DNA from: the human T2T-CHM13v2.0 reference genome, Homo sapiens
Strand: one strand, 5' to 3'
DNA length: 64,000 nt
Assembly: GCF_009914755.1 (NCBI RefSeq)
Contig: NC_060937.1
Positions 42,793-57,419 of the stretch are shown here, in pieces. Below the pieces are notes generated by a model, which was not told the origin of the DNA, did no database searches, and worked only from the letters and a program-made list of their open reading frames with translations. The number at the start of each line of letters is the position of its first letter. The first letter of the stretch is position 1. The translations under genes were made by a program, and so were the position numbers.

Positions 42793-42977
42793 TTAGAAAG
42801 ATTTCTAATTAACACTCTAACTTTGAATCTAAAGGATTTATAAATAAAACTGCAAACCAACCCCCAAGCTAGCAGAAAAAAGAAATACCTAAAATTGGAG
42901 TAGAACTTAATGAAATTCAGATGCAAAGGTACACACAAAAGATCAATGAAACCAAGAGTTAGTTTTTCTAAAAAATA

Positions 42978-43288
42978 GGCCAGGTGCGGTGGCTCACACC
43001 TATAATCCCAGCACTGTGGAAGGCCGAGGCAGGTGGGTGACCTGAGATCAGGAGTTCAAGACCAGCCTGGGCAACATGGATAAACCCTGTCTCTACTAAA
43101 AATACAAAAATTAGCCAGGTGTGGTGGTGGGTACCTGTAGTCCCAGCTGCTCAGGAGGCTGAGTCAGGAGAATTGCTGAACCCAGGAGGCGGAGGTTGCA
43201 GTGAGCCAAGATAGAGCCACTGCACTCCATCCTGGGCAACAGAATGAGACTCTGTCTCAAATAATAATAATAATAAATAATAAATAAT
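42978..43288 (+). mobile_element. Alu SINE (AluSx/Sz-like) within L1
   Basis: Full Alu with (aat)n tail. Confidence 0.96.
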
Positions 43289-46200
43289 ATTGATAGACTG
43301 CTAGCTAGATTAACAAAAAAAATCCAAATAAGTGCATTCAGAAATGACAAAGATGACATCACAGTTGATCTCACAGAAACAAAAAAGATCCTCAGAGGAT
43401 ACTATGAACACCTCTATCACAAAAATTAGAAAATATAGAGGAAATTAATAAATTCCTGGACACACACAATCTTCCAAGATTAAATCAAGAAGAGATAGAT
43501 ATCTTGAATAGACCAATATTGAGCTCTGAAATTGAATCAGTAATAAAAACCTACCAACTATCAAAAGCCTTAGACCAGATGGATTGACAGCTGAATTCTA
43601 CCAGGTGTATAAAGTAGAACTGGTACCAATCCTACTGAAACTATTCCAAAAAATTGAGGAGGATGACTATGTTCTGCTCATTCTATGAAGCCAGCATCAG
43701 CCTAATACTAAAATCTGGCAAAGGCATGACAAAGTAAGAAAACTCAAGGTCAATATCCCTGATGAATTTAAACCCAAACATCCTCAATAAATTACTAACC
43801 AACTAAATTCAGCAGTGTATTTAAAAGCTAATTCACCACAAACAAGTAGATTTTTTTTTTTTTACTGGGATGCAAGTTTGGTTCAACACACTCAAATCAA
43901 TCAGTGTGATTCTCCACATAAACAGAATTAAAAGGAAAAACCACATGATCATGTCAATAGACACAGAAAATGCTTTTAATAAAATTCAGCGTTCCTTAAT
44001 AATAAAATCCCTCAACAGAGTAGTCATTGAAAGAACTTACCTCAGAATATTGACAGCCGACTATGACAAACTCATAGCCAATATTATACTGAATGGGTTG
44101 AATGGGCAAAACCTGGAATTATTCCCCTTGAGAAATGGGAAAAAGCAAGGATGTGCACTCTTGCCACTACCATTCGGCATAGCAATGAAAGACCTAGATA
44201 TGATTGTCAGAACAATTAGGCAAGGGAAGAAAGTAAAAGACATCCAAATAAGAAAAGGATAAATTAAACTATCTCTTTTTGTGGATGATATAATTATATA
44301 TTTAGAAAACCCCAAAGACTCTGGTGAAAATCTACTAGAACTGATAAACTATTTTAGTAAGGTTCCAAGATACAAAATTAATGTACAGAAGTCAGCAGCA
44401 ATTGTATATAAAAATAATGCCCAGGCTAAGTGTAAAATCAGGAACACAGCCCTATTTACAATAGCCACACACACACAAACAAAGAAATACTTAGGAATAC
44501 AGCTAACCGAGGAGGTCTACCAAAGTTCTCTACAAGAACTACAAAATGCTGCTGAAAGAAATCAGAGATGACACAAAATAAAAGAAAAATACTCTATGCT
44601 TATGTATTAGAAGACTCAATATCATTAAAATGGCCATATTGCAAAAAGCATTTTATAGATTCAACCCTATTCTTATCAAGCTACCAATGTCACTTTTCAT
44701 AGAATTAGAAAAAAAAACTATTTTAAAATTCATATGGAACCAAAGAAGAGTCCAAATAGCCAAAGAAATCCTAAGCAAAAAGAACAAAGCTAGAATCATC
44801 AAACTACTGGACTTCAAACTATATTACAAGGCTGCAGTAACCAAAACAGCCTGGCACTGCTATAAAAGCAGATATTCAGACTGATGGAACAGAATAGAAA
44901 ACTCAGAACTGAAGCCACTTACCTAACAAGGCCAACAAAGACAAAAGATGAGGAAAGGACTCCCCATTCAATAAATGGTGTGGGAAAACTGGGTAGCCAT
45001 AAGCAGAATAATGAAACAAGAGCCTTATCTCTCACCATTTACAAAAATTAACTCAAGATGAATTAAATATTTAAATACAAGAACTCAAACTATAAAAATC
45101 CTAGAAAGAAACCTAGGAAATACTTTTCTGGACGTTGGCCTTGGCAAATAATTTTTGGCTAAGTCCTCATCATAGTTGTAAAATTGGGGTAAAGTGGCTA
45201 GACCATGTTGCTGTCTGTGTTGACTAACTAGAGTATGCTCTTCTGAGAATGGGACTTAATCTCAGACAATGCTACCAAAGGATTGACAGCAAAGTGCTCT
45301 CTGCCTCTGCAGCATTTCAAGCATGTGGAGGAGAATAATTCCTTCATTCCTGAGAGAGGAGTTGCACAACACACATTATCTTTTACAACTGTTTTAAACT
45401 ACATAATTAATCTTTGGCCTGCCTAATAGATACCTGCTTCTTTTCACCAAGGAGCTCACTGATATAACGAGTAGCAGTGAAGAAATCAAAATTCGTTCTA
45501 ACTGTATTTTTGTACTCATTTGTAAATGTATAAAACAGTGTTTTCTATCTTGGATTTCCTTAGTAATAATAAATTTGCTGAGTAACATATTTTTTTCATA
45601 TTTGTGAACAGAGGGACTCAAATTTTTATGTAGTTTATTCAGAGAAGAAGGTCTTATCTACCAAAATAGCCTATAATATTCTTGAAAACAAAGGCTATCT
45701 TTGTTTGGTTCTATTATTCCTAAAGTATTTAGAAATATGAATAATTATGCATGGGGGCATAAATAGACAATAGGGACATAAATGTAACAATTCTACATAT
45801 GTTTAACTAAAATGTACTGCCATATTATTAAATCTATTAGCTTAGTTTCTTTGTAAAGACCTCAGACCCAACAATCTAATAATGCCTAAAAAACCTGCAT
45901 AACTAGTATGAGAGGTAGAATTGTGTCCTGATTTTTGATTCTCATTTCCCTGTCTATAAGTCTCATTATTAAAATTCATTCTCCTGGGTATAGAAATATT
46001 AGATAATAATCAAGGCCATGTGAGGAACATCATGAAGTATTAAAGTCTCATTAAAACATCAGCACAATTCAGTCCCCAACAATCAAAGAGATACAAACTG
46101 GGTTGCCTCCTTCATCAGGACTGGGTGCAGTTATCTAAATAACCTTAATTATTCTGTAGATGATCCAAATGCTAAGCATTATAATTTTTCCATGATAATC

Positions 46201-48112
46201 GGGATTTATTAATCTTAAGGTGAACTGTTTAACTTCTTTTTAAAAATTGTCTTTTCAAGGACTTTGTTACATCCTTATTGTCAAAATTTATCTTCCCCAA
46301 CTTTCATTTTTAGACAAGTTAAAAAACTGAATTTAGAATCATAGTCATCTAGGAGACATAATAAATTTTCTGTTACTCCTTAATTATACCAGGTTTTCAT
46401 TGTTATTTATTTTCTTGAAACAATAAAAATCATTTCACCATTTGTTAAAAATGATAAAAGTGAAATAAACCAATTAATTGTAATAAGTTTATTATTTTAT
46501 GTTGTAATCAAATACATAAGTAATATGAATGATGCATAAAATTTATTAATATACTGCATGTATGTCTATAATAAATATTTTTCCTCCTTTATCAAATACA
46601 GTTTTACTATTTTAAAAATAAATTAATAGCGTTCTTTATTTTGAACCATATTAACAAATATCCCTAATAAATATCTCTTTATTGCATATACCTAATATAA
46701 AATATAGATTAGGAGTTTAAATCAAAATGTCATTAATTTTCTCATCCTTGTATTAATACATTCTATCAACTTATTTGCAATTTTTGAAATGTTGAAAGTA
46801 GGCACCATGCAGCTAAAGTAATCACTCTTACCATATTGTCATTTAGGAGAAAAAAATATCAAGGAAAGAATGAACAGATCAAAGGATCAGTATAATTTCT
46901 ATGAATTACAAATGTTTTCAACTTAACTTTAGATAACATGCATTTTATAGCTTTCTACCACATTGACTATATTTTATGAATTCTAACAGAGTATAACAAA
47001 AGCAAGCACAATAGCCAGAAACTCCAATATTAAAGTACCCATTGAGTTCAATGTGGTCTGCTTTGACCAGATTTATATTCCATCTTACTGGATGGGACAC
47101 ACTGGATGAGAGATGTATGAGGGGCTCATCTAAGGGACACAACAATATACAGGAAAGTATAAATTATAAGTTCTACGATATTGGATTTTGGATCAATTTT
47201 TTATATTGGGATAAATCTGTCTCTGAGAAAGTTATCATAAGCATCAGAAACATGACTAAATAAACAATAAAAATGCATTTTACAAAATTTCCTGTACTAT
47301 TTAAGAAGTAAAATCACAGCAACAGTCCTCAGAAAGACCTGAGATGCTCTCATATCCCTCGCAGGAGAATATTTATTTCTGTTATTCTGCTCTCGAAGTA
47401 ACTCCATGTTTTTCTCATAACACAAATTGCAAAGAAAGTTAATGTCTTTGGCTCCTTGCCAAAGATAATCCTTGTCAATGGATTATCTTCTTTGGGGTTA
47501 AGAGCTTTTCATTGTCTAAGTTGCTCCTGCTAAAGACCAGAGCTGGAGGTAAGTGAGAAATACAGTCTGTTTTATTGAATGTCTGTAAAATCCAAAGTAG
47601 CCTCCTGTGATTGTTTTCCCTCCTACCAATTTATCATTGCCAAGTCGATCTGCATCTCAATAACTCTTGGCGCACTTAACTTTACTAAAATATTTACTTA
47701 TTATGTTTTCTGATAGCTCAAAAATTCTATTGGTATGAGAGTAAGGAGAGAAGAACGATTAAAGTCATGGAAACTAAAATAAAAATGAGAAAAATAAAAG
47801 GATGCTTAAGTAGATGAAATTTTAGAAACAGATAAACATGGCAAACGATCAAGCAAGATTGAAGTATGTGAATAGCTGATGGTAAAGTAAAAGTTCCATG
47901 ATGCTATTTGAAGTCTAAGGGAAAAGAGGGGGAAAGTTATCGTCAAAACCAATTCTTTAATCCCAAATTTTATACTTTTTTCAATGCTTTATAGAAAAAG
48001 TGTTAGATATAAGAATATAATAAAAAATATAGTAAATTGACGGATGCAGAAATGTGTGTAAGACATTTAGAAGCAGCTAGCAATGAGTCAAAACTCAGAA
48101 CGCTAGGAAACA

Positions 48113-48394
48113 TGCTAAGTGAATTAACTCAGGAAAGGAAAACCAAACATCGTATGTTCTCACTCATATGGGAGCTAAATTATGAGGCACGAAGTTGTAA
48201 GAATGATATAATGGACTTTGGGGACTCAAGGGGCAGGGTGGGAGGGATGTGAGGGATAAAAGACTACACACTCGGCAAACTGCACAATGCTTGGGTGTTG
48301 GGTGCACCAAAATCTCCAAAAACAACACTAAAGAATTTATTCGTGTAACCAAACACCACCTGTTGCCCAAAAAAACACTAGAATAAAAAACATA
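48113..48394 (+). mobile_element. L1PB-like 3' UTR fragment (in left arm)
   Basis: aaccaaacatcgtatgttctcactc...gtaaccaaacaccacctgtt. Confidence 0.85.
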
Positions 48395-48707
<313 letters not shown>

Positions 48708-49386
48708 TTACAAAAAAAGAATAAAAGAATTGGTAACAAATTAGGTAATAAAGGCAAGGTCAATATTTTATTCAACCGAATTCCCCTATGAATTTATAAG
48801 TTCTATCTAAAAATAGCTTACATTTTACCTTTAAAAAATCTTTAATATTTGGGATAAGATTCAATATCAAGATACCTCATTAGAAAACTATTAATGACAC
48901 TTTACTTGCCATCCATCTCTTCTTGTAGACAAATGGCTACGTGTTTGATATATATTACACATAGTACATTAATAATGGATATTTTTAAATTTCTCACTTT
49001 AACATTCGTAAGTCAGAGAATTGACACTACGCATGTTCACTCAATTCTTCTCTTATTTTTCCCTTTTTCTTTCCTCTTCAGGTAAATTGCACATTTAGTA
49101 AACAGAGGAGAAAATATGATACTGATGTGAAAGCTGTTCCTAATTACATGATGTGCTCAAAGCTGATTATTTTTGCATAGTAATGACAGATAATTTAATC
49201 TTAATTCATAGGCAATTTCTTTGAATATCTACACCAATAGCTTTAGAAAGTCAGTGATCTCGGGGCTGATGTAAGAATTTCTAGGACAAATTGAGAACTG
49301 AACTAAAATTTCATTGTTGTCCTGTAACTTCTTCCCAATTTTTTCCCTATGCTTGCTCAGTGAGTTAAACATTTCCCAAATATTAA

Positions 49387-50384
<998 letters not shown>

Positions 50385-50919
50385 TCATAGTCCATAGCAG
50401 TACAATAAATATCATGCATATTGTTTTTCTCATATTCTTGCCTACTCTACCCTTAGTTTCAGGAGAAGATGGACTGATGCTCTGAGCTAAAGACATTTCT
50501 AACCAATGGGGATTATTTTATTTTTTAGGGTCCTGTTCTGAGACTTGATTGACAGCCACAGTTGCTTTGACCTCCTAGAGGTCTCAGCATAAATGGAAAA
50601 AAATAAAAAATAAGTTAGAAATATAGAATTCTAAATAAAAGATGAAAACATGGGAGAAGGTGATGCTCTGTCTCAAGGTAGTTGAAAAGACAACTTTGAT
50701 CATAATTTATTCTTTGTTTCTCTTCTAGTGCATGCTACCACATTATATTTATTCTTAGCATAGCATCTCACATAACTTAAATGATTTCTATATTATTACT
50801 CAGCATAGTGCCACCAGAATCCTTTGTTAAATATAAATTTAGTGCTTCAGCATGTGACAGATTTTAGTGGGATGAGCCACTTAACCCAATTTATATTTTA
50901 AATGATTGAATGTATTGCT

Positions 50920-51095
50920 CAGTAGCAAACTTTGCTCCTTGTAGTATGGCCCATAGAGAAACAGCATCAACACCAACTAGAAGCTTGTTAGAAATGCAGA
51001 ATCTTTGGCTCCATTGCAGACCTGCTGAATCAAGTCAATATTTACAAATTTCCAAGAGAATCCCATATATAATGAAGTATGAGAAGCACTGGTTT
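50920..51095. mobile_element. MER5A-like hAT DNA transposon fossil
   Basis: cagcatcaacacc...gcttgttagaaatgcagaatct...cagacctgctgaatca...tgagaagcactg. Confidence 0.8.
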
Positions 51096-51744
51096 AAGAC
51101 ACTCTTCTCTGATCCCACTGATTTTGTGCTGCTATAGACAAATTAGAGCCCTCCACAGGTCTCATCCTGCAGGTTTTTGTTTTCCCTTTTTTGTTTGTTT
51201 TGTTTTTTTTCAGTGTATCATGGCTTACCACATCATTTTATATATTTCAAGTCTTCTTTTCTTCTCGGTTTCATCCTTATCTTGCTGGAGTATATTTTCA
51301 AGTAATTGCCTCAGAAAGGGTTCAGTGAAGACATATCTGAATATGTGCACAGTCAAATTTTGACTGCTTTTAGAATTCAAGATTAAATACTTTTCTGCAG
51401 AACTTTAATGACATTTATCTGTTCTAGAATCTGGCATTGCTTGTGATTAGTATGATGTTAACATGAAACTTGTTCTATGGAAAATAATCTTTTTTTAATT
51501 TTTTTTTTTGCTTTTACTCTGGAAACTTTTATAAAAATTTTTTAAAACTTGGTATTATTACATGTTAATATGCTTAGAGTTTGGGGTATTTTCCTCAGTA
51601 TTAATTTTATGATATCTTACTGTTTGTCTCTAGAACTCTTATTTGTGGTATATTGGACATTTAATTTTTTCTTTTTTATATATTTTCTCATTGTTTTATT
51701 TTTTATATCTTTTTTTGGTTAGGGAAAAAAAGTCTTTTACATCT

Positions 51745-52255
51745 AGAAAGTGGCCTGACACTGACAGCTAGGTCTTAGAGTTGTTAGAAACTGGCCTAAC
51801 ACGCATAAGTAGGTTACATTGTTTTGTGGTGGACAAAAATAATTGCACAGACACCAACAGGAGACAAGATCACTGTGAGACCGTGATACAGTGAGACCAA
51901 AACAAGGTCACTGTACAACTTATAACCTATGAAACATCTCCCTCTCTCAGGTATCATGAGTGACTGCAGCTTCCTGTGTTCTGCTCACTGTGTGATACAA
52001 TTTATTTAAATATTCAGTCGTAGAAATTCTCCTGCTTCCCAACAGCACCCAATTCAAAATGAACCCCAACTTCCATACACTCTTTCCAAAATGATGCAAT
52101 AAAAGTCCAAATCCAGTAACGGTTCTTTCTAATACTCTCTTACTGAGACTACCCACCATGCCTTAAAGTGTGTTTCTGTCTCTGCAATTAGTAATCCACC
52201 CAACTTGTTCATCTACAGCTGTGCTTCTAGTGATCTTTTGCTGGAAGGCATTGAT
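51745..52255. mobile_element. LTR remnant (family uncertain, MER74/MER77-like)
   Basis: ~500-bp compositionally distinct block with aataaa at ~52098 and an LTR-like end cttttgctggaaggcattga. Confidence 0.5.
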
Positions 52256-52616
52256 GAAAGTAGTCTCTTAAAATAGACAGGGACAATTTTAGTCTCACTT
52301 CACAAACTGGTAAACTGAAACTTTAAAAAGTTATTTGATTTATAGTGTATTTTTTATCAGAAGTTATTTTCATTTCACACCTCCTCAGCAAGGCATTTGA
52401 ACTCTCGGTCAACCCAGGAATATTTACCCTCTTTAGGAATATTTACCCAGGAATATTTACCATTTCATGCTGCAGGTGTTGGCAAATCCTATATGCCTTC
52501 CTATAAAACTAATTATTATGTCTCTGTTCCACAGTGATCTTACTTCAAGTTAGATAATTATGACTACTATGTTGAATGTCTGCACTACTTAAAGATCTTT
52601 TGAAAGCAAATAACTC

Positions 52617-53111
<495 letters not shown>

Positions 53112-54129
53112 TCAAGTCATGGGAACTTTGACTCAGAGATGTTTTATGAGCCATTGATTCCAGGTCACTAATTTCACAGGTGGAGAAAATTGTGTGTGTA
53201 TACACACACACACACACACGTATACACACCCAAAATAGTCTTTTTTAAAGTTCATCAGATAATTTGTTTATGGAAAAAAATCTATCCTAATGGCGGTTGT
53301 GGATGCCAATATTGAGAAAATACTTAATTCTTTTTATTGGGAATGCTGAAGGGTGGTTTTTTAAATCAGAATTTTAAACTACATATCACCAAATTATAAC
53401 ACTCATACAATGAATAGCATCAAATTTCCATTGTATTTTATTATTCATTATATGTGACTCTAAGTTGTCTATATTAATTAATACAATTTATTCTTATTTA
53501 TATTTATTGCACTGAAAAATATCCAACTTCTAAGGGAGCAAGAAAAGTCTCCAGCTTAGTGATATATTATTTACTGCTCACTTTCTAATTGAACGTTTCA
53601 ATGGATGATTCTTTCTATTTAGTGGGATTTAATTTCATCTCTTCAATGACTAATTAGCCTGACTGTTAATATAAATCTCTAAGGAAGCAATATTTCTGTA
53701 AATCAGATAGTTCATATAATATACATTGTAGTGAAATATTATGCTCACTATATTTTGGAAATTGTGAAAATGAAAGAGATTTAGAAGTCAATAAAATTCA
53801 ATTTTGTTTTATACATTTCTTAACTAATGAAAGATTTTTAACATCTATTAAATGTACTTTTTATCTTTTGTAATCAGTGCTCTAAAACTTTGCAACATGA
53901 TAGACTGCTGATTTTAAATTAGCAAATTGCTAAATTAGGTTCCTAGTGTAAGAATGATAACTGAACCTCTTTTGTACAAGTCATGCTTGTGCAGGATTAA
54001 TCAGTTCTACATCTTTGCAGACAATAGTCATTTTTATGCAATACAGGTATATTATGACTAATTAAACATCATGATTTATTGATCTTTGCAATATGTGATA
54101 TGTGAGTGCCCATTCTTTATCTGACATTC

Positions 54130-55300
54130 CTCTAGGTGCTACAAATTCATCAGGAAAGGAAACAGATGCAGTTTATGCCCTCATGGATTTTATATTTGCT
54201 GGAAAAATTCAGTACTTAAGAGCAAAGCTAACATGGAAGTATTGACATTTAATCTGAAAACTAACTGTTAAGCTGAGATCAAAAGCAAGACCAGCAGTTC
54301 CCTGGTGAATTTGATATAGGAGGATGGGTAAAAGAAAATTTCCGTCAAAGGAAATCATGTGAAGGCTCATATTTTAGAGAAAATTGAGCATATTCTAAAA
54401 GATAAGAGGTGTTGTTTTGATGAAGTGAATTGAGTTACATAGATAAGGTGAGAAAGAAGGCTAGAGATGAGAATATGCCTCAGCTCGTGAGGATGATGTA
54501 TGGTAAGAATAATGAAAAGTCATGAAAGCATTTTCTACATAGGTGTGACACATTCTGCTTTGTGATTTTTAAAGATGACAGTCATTATGGAATAGATTAC
54601 TCATTGTAGGGGAGAAATATAAGGTGTAGAGAGCTATACTCTAGTTAAGATATAATGGAGGAAGGAATGAAATGTTAACATGAGTCTAGAAAGCAGTGGA
54701 TGTTTTCAAAATATGCAGGAAATACACTGAGCAAGGTCAAATGGCAGATTATAAATGGACTGATGGATTGTGAAGCACAAAAGGATATTTTAAAAGTCAG
54801 TCTTTTACAATTGAATTGACAGTGTGAAGTTAGAAATTCATGAATAATTGGAAATCAATGATATGTCCCAGGTTTTAGGATTGAACAGTTGAGAAAATAG
54901 TTCTAACATAGAAATAGGAGTGTAGCATGCACAGAAAAGAATAATTTAAGGGGCATGTGTAACCATCTACAGAAAAAACTATGAATGAATATACTGAAAA
55001 GTGAAAAGAAACCAAGTGCATGGGATATTTGTTAAGAGCAACCAAGAAAGAGAAATCCTCAGTAAAGGGGATGAAATTAAGGTTGGCAAATACTGATGAA
55101 AAAACAAGAAAGTTAAAGGTCTTGAACTGGAACTGTACTAGCCACATACGACTTACAGGTGTCATTAGCGAAAACACAGTGTCTGTGAAGAAGTAGGAGC
55201 AATAGTAGATTGGACAGTATGATGTGATATTGAATTATAAAGATATGTTTCTTGAAGAAAAATGTTTAGCTTTGAAGAGTGTGTGGTAAATAATTGGGAG
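54130..55300 (-). mobile_element. L2 LINE remnant
   Basis: gccctcatggattttatatt...taagctgagatcaaaag...purine-rich L2 body. Confidence 0.65.
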
Positions 55301-55590
55301 TAGATATTTTGCTAATTGTACTGGTTTTTAATTTAAGAGATTTGAGCTTTCGTAAATACTGATGAAGACACTAATATAATTTGAATAAAAATAAGACACA
55401 GTGAAATTAATAGCATGAACTTTTCATTAAGGAAGCTGATTAAAGACACTATGCAGACAATGTAGATCATGGTGGTAAAAAAATTAGGGAGAGTATCAGC
55501 TTTCCATTGTGATGGGAGAATAAAACCGAATGCGTGCAAGTGTAGATAGGTTTGCATATTTATAGAGGAAACTCTCTTTGAATTATTAAT

Positions 55591-55715
55591 ATTGCTCCAT
55601 TGTCCTCCTTAAATCTTTGAACCTCCTTTCTCACACATACCCTTAGGTGTTAAGTCTTTGGCTGGGCATGTTTGAGGTAGGGGGTTCAAAGATTTAAGAA
55701 GGGCCTTGGAGCAAT
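55591..55715. repeat. Imperfect palindrome/hairpin: 52-bp arms, 21-nt loop
   Basis: 55591-55642 matches the reverse complement of 55664-55715 at 43/52 with no gaps, including a perfect 16-mer cttaaatctttgaacc. Confidence 0.92.
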
Positions 55716-55759
55716 GTCAGGTAGCAACTATTTCACATCTACCACAGTGGTTGAAATTT

Positions 55760-56650
55760 TTGAAAGCTAACAAATTAAATGTAAGTATGGTTGTGGAGCA
55801 ACCCAGATCATTGGCGCCCTGCTGGTCAGAATGCAAAATGATACAATCACATAAGAAAACTGTTTGGTGGTTCATTAAAATTTAAATTTAAATTTAAACT
55901 TACATATTTATATTGTGACCTAGCAATTCTATAGCTGGAAATTTACACTAGAAAATGAAATACACACTCACAGAAAGACTTCTAAGAGAATGGTCATAGC
56001 AGCCAATGTCACTTTTCACAGAATTAGAAAAAAAAACTATTTTAAAATTCATATGGAACCAAAGAAGAGCCCAAATAGCCAAAGCAATCCTAAGCAAAAA
56101 GAACAAAGCCAGAATCATCAACTTACTGGATTTCAAACTATATTACAAGGCTACAGTAACCGAAATAGCCTGGTACTGGTATAAAAGCAGACATTTAGAC
56201 TGATGGAACAGAATAGAAAATTCAGAACTAGAGCCACTTACCTAACAAGGCCAGCAAAGACAAAAGATAAGGAAAGGACTCCCCATCCAATAAATGGTGT
56301 GGGAAAACTGGGTAGCCATATGCAGAATAATGAAACAAGAGCCTTACCTTTCACCATTTACAAAAATTAACCCAAGTAGCCATAATCAAAATTGCCAAAA
56401 CCAAAAGATAAGTAAAATATGCACCCATAGGATCACAGATAAAAAATACAATATCTTAATACAAGCAGTTACCACTCAGAAAGGAAGAGCAATATACTAG
56501 TCATGCAGGCAAAACATGGTTCATCTCGAAAGCATTATGTTGAGTTAAAGTAGTTGGAAAAAAACAATACGTTCAATATGATTTTATTTACCTAAATTTC
56601 TATAACAAAGTAGGCAAAATGAATCTATGATAACATGAATTAAAAAGTGA
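55760..56650 (+). mobile_element. Ancient L1ME-like 3' remnant interrupted by a copied L1 segment
   Basis: gacctagcaattct...agaatggtcatagc | insert | gccataatc...aaagcattatgttgagt. Confidence 0.65.
56003..56376 (+). repeat. 374-bp direct copy of L1 ORF2 segment 44684-45057
   Basis: 24 substitutions and no gaps by manual alignment (~93.6%). Shares the unusual junction gccacttacctaacaaggcca. Confidence 0.92.
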
Positions 56651-56719
56651 TCATGTCAATAAAAATTGATAAGCCCCTTGTCAGTATATACTAAGAAAAA
56701 AAGAGAGAAGGTACATAGA

Positions 56720-56970
56720 ACAATAACTCCTTGTTTCTCCTTACTTCCAGCCCCTGAAAAACATCATTTTGTTCTCTATTTCTGAGAGTTGACTATATCA
56801 GATACATTATATAATTGGAATCATAAAGTATTTGTCCTTCTGAGACTAGCTCATTTCACGTAGTGTAATATCCTCCATGTTTATTCATGTTGTCACAAAT
56901 GGTAGGATTTCCTTCTTTTTTAAGAAGAAAATTCTGTATGCATATACATTGTGTGTATGTGATATATATA

Positions 56971-57019
<49 letters not shown>

Positions 57020-57370
57020 CAAATTCTTTATTCTTTGATCTATCAATGGACATTTTTGTTTTGTCCATATATTGACTATTGTGAACAATGTTGCAATACA
57101 CGTAGGAGTGCAGGTGTCTCTTAGTTAACAACATGAATTTGTGCAGTACAAATCTTGATAAAAGGGTACCTCTCATGTTAAGTATTGTTACCACAAAAAT
57201 ATTTTTTAAAAGCATACAAGGAAAATTTTGGACGTGATGGATAAATTTATTACCTTGATGGTAGTGATAGGTTACTAATGTATGCGTAGGTCCAAACTCA
57301 GCAAATTACGAATATCAAATGTGCAGTTTGTTTGTATGTCAATTTTACCTTAATAAAGCTGTTACAAGGA
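56720..57370 (+). mobile_element. L1MA9/10-L1MB-like 3' fragment with 5' inversion (56720-~57122 antisense, ~57123-57370 sense)
   Basis: Antisense 3' region switches to sense terminal 3' UTR ending ttaccttaataaagctg. Confidence 0.7.
56950..57016. repeat. Compound (TG)n(TA)n microsatellite
   Basis: Directly visible. Confidence 0.95.
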
Positions 57371-57419
57371 AAAGTAGTTCACGAGGGAGAGAGAATGGAA
57401 GAAAGAAAAAGAAGGGAGA

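Noticed and set aside
48229-48255. G-quadruplex motif in the inverted-repeat arms
   Set aside because: Ordinary G-rich tract of an L1 3' UTR.
48785-49212. Extra 10-bp inverted match cctatgaatt/aattcatagg in the spacer
   Set aside because: Short, AT-rich and not colinear with the arm alignment. Compatible with chance.
52416-52461. aggaatatttacc x3 as a binding-site array
   Set aside because: Most simply a small slippage duplication, with no other support. The same applies to the tandem duplications at 12774-12811 and 63724-63763.
53190-53230. (TG)n-TA-(CA)n hairpin
   Set aside because: Common compound microsatellite.
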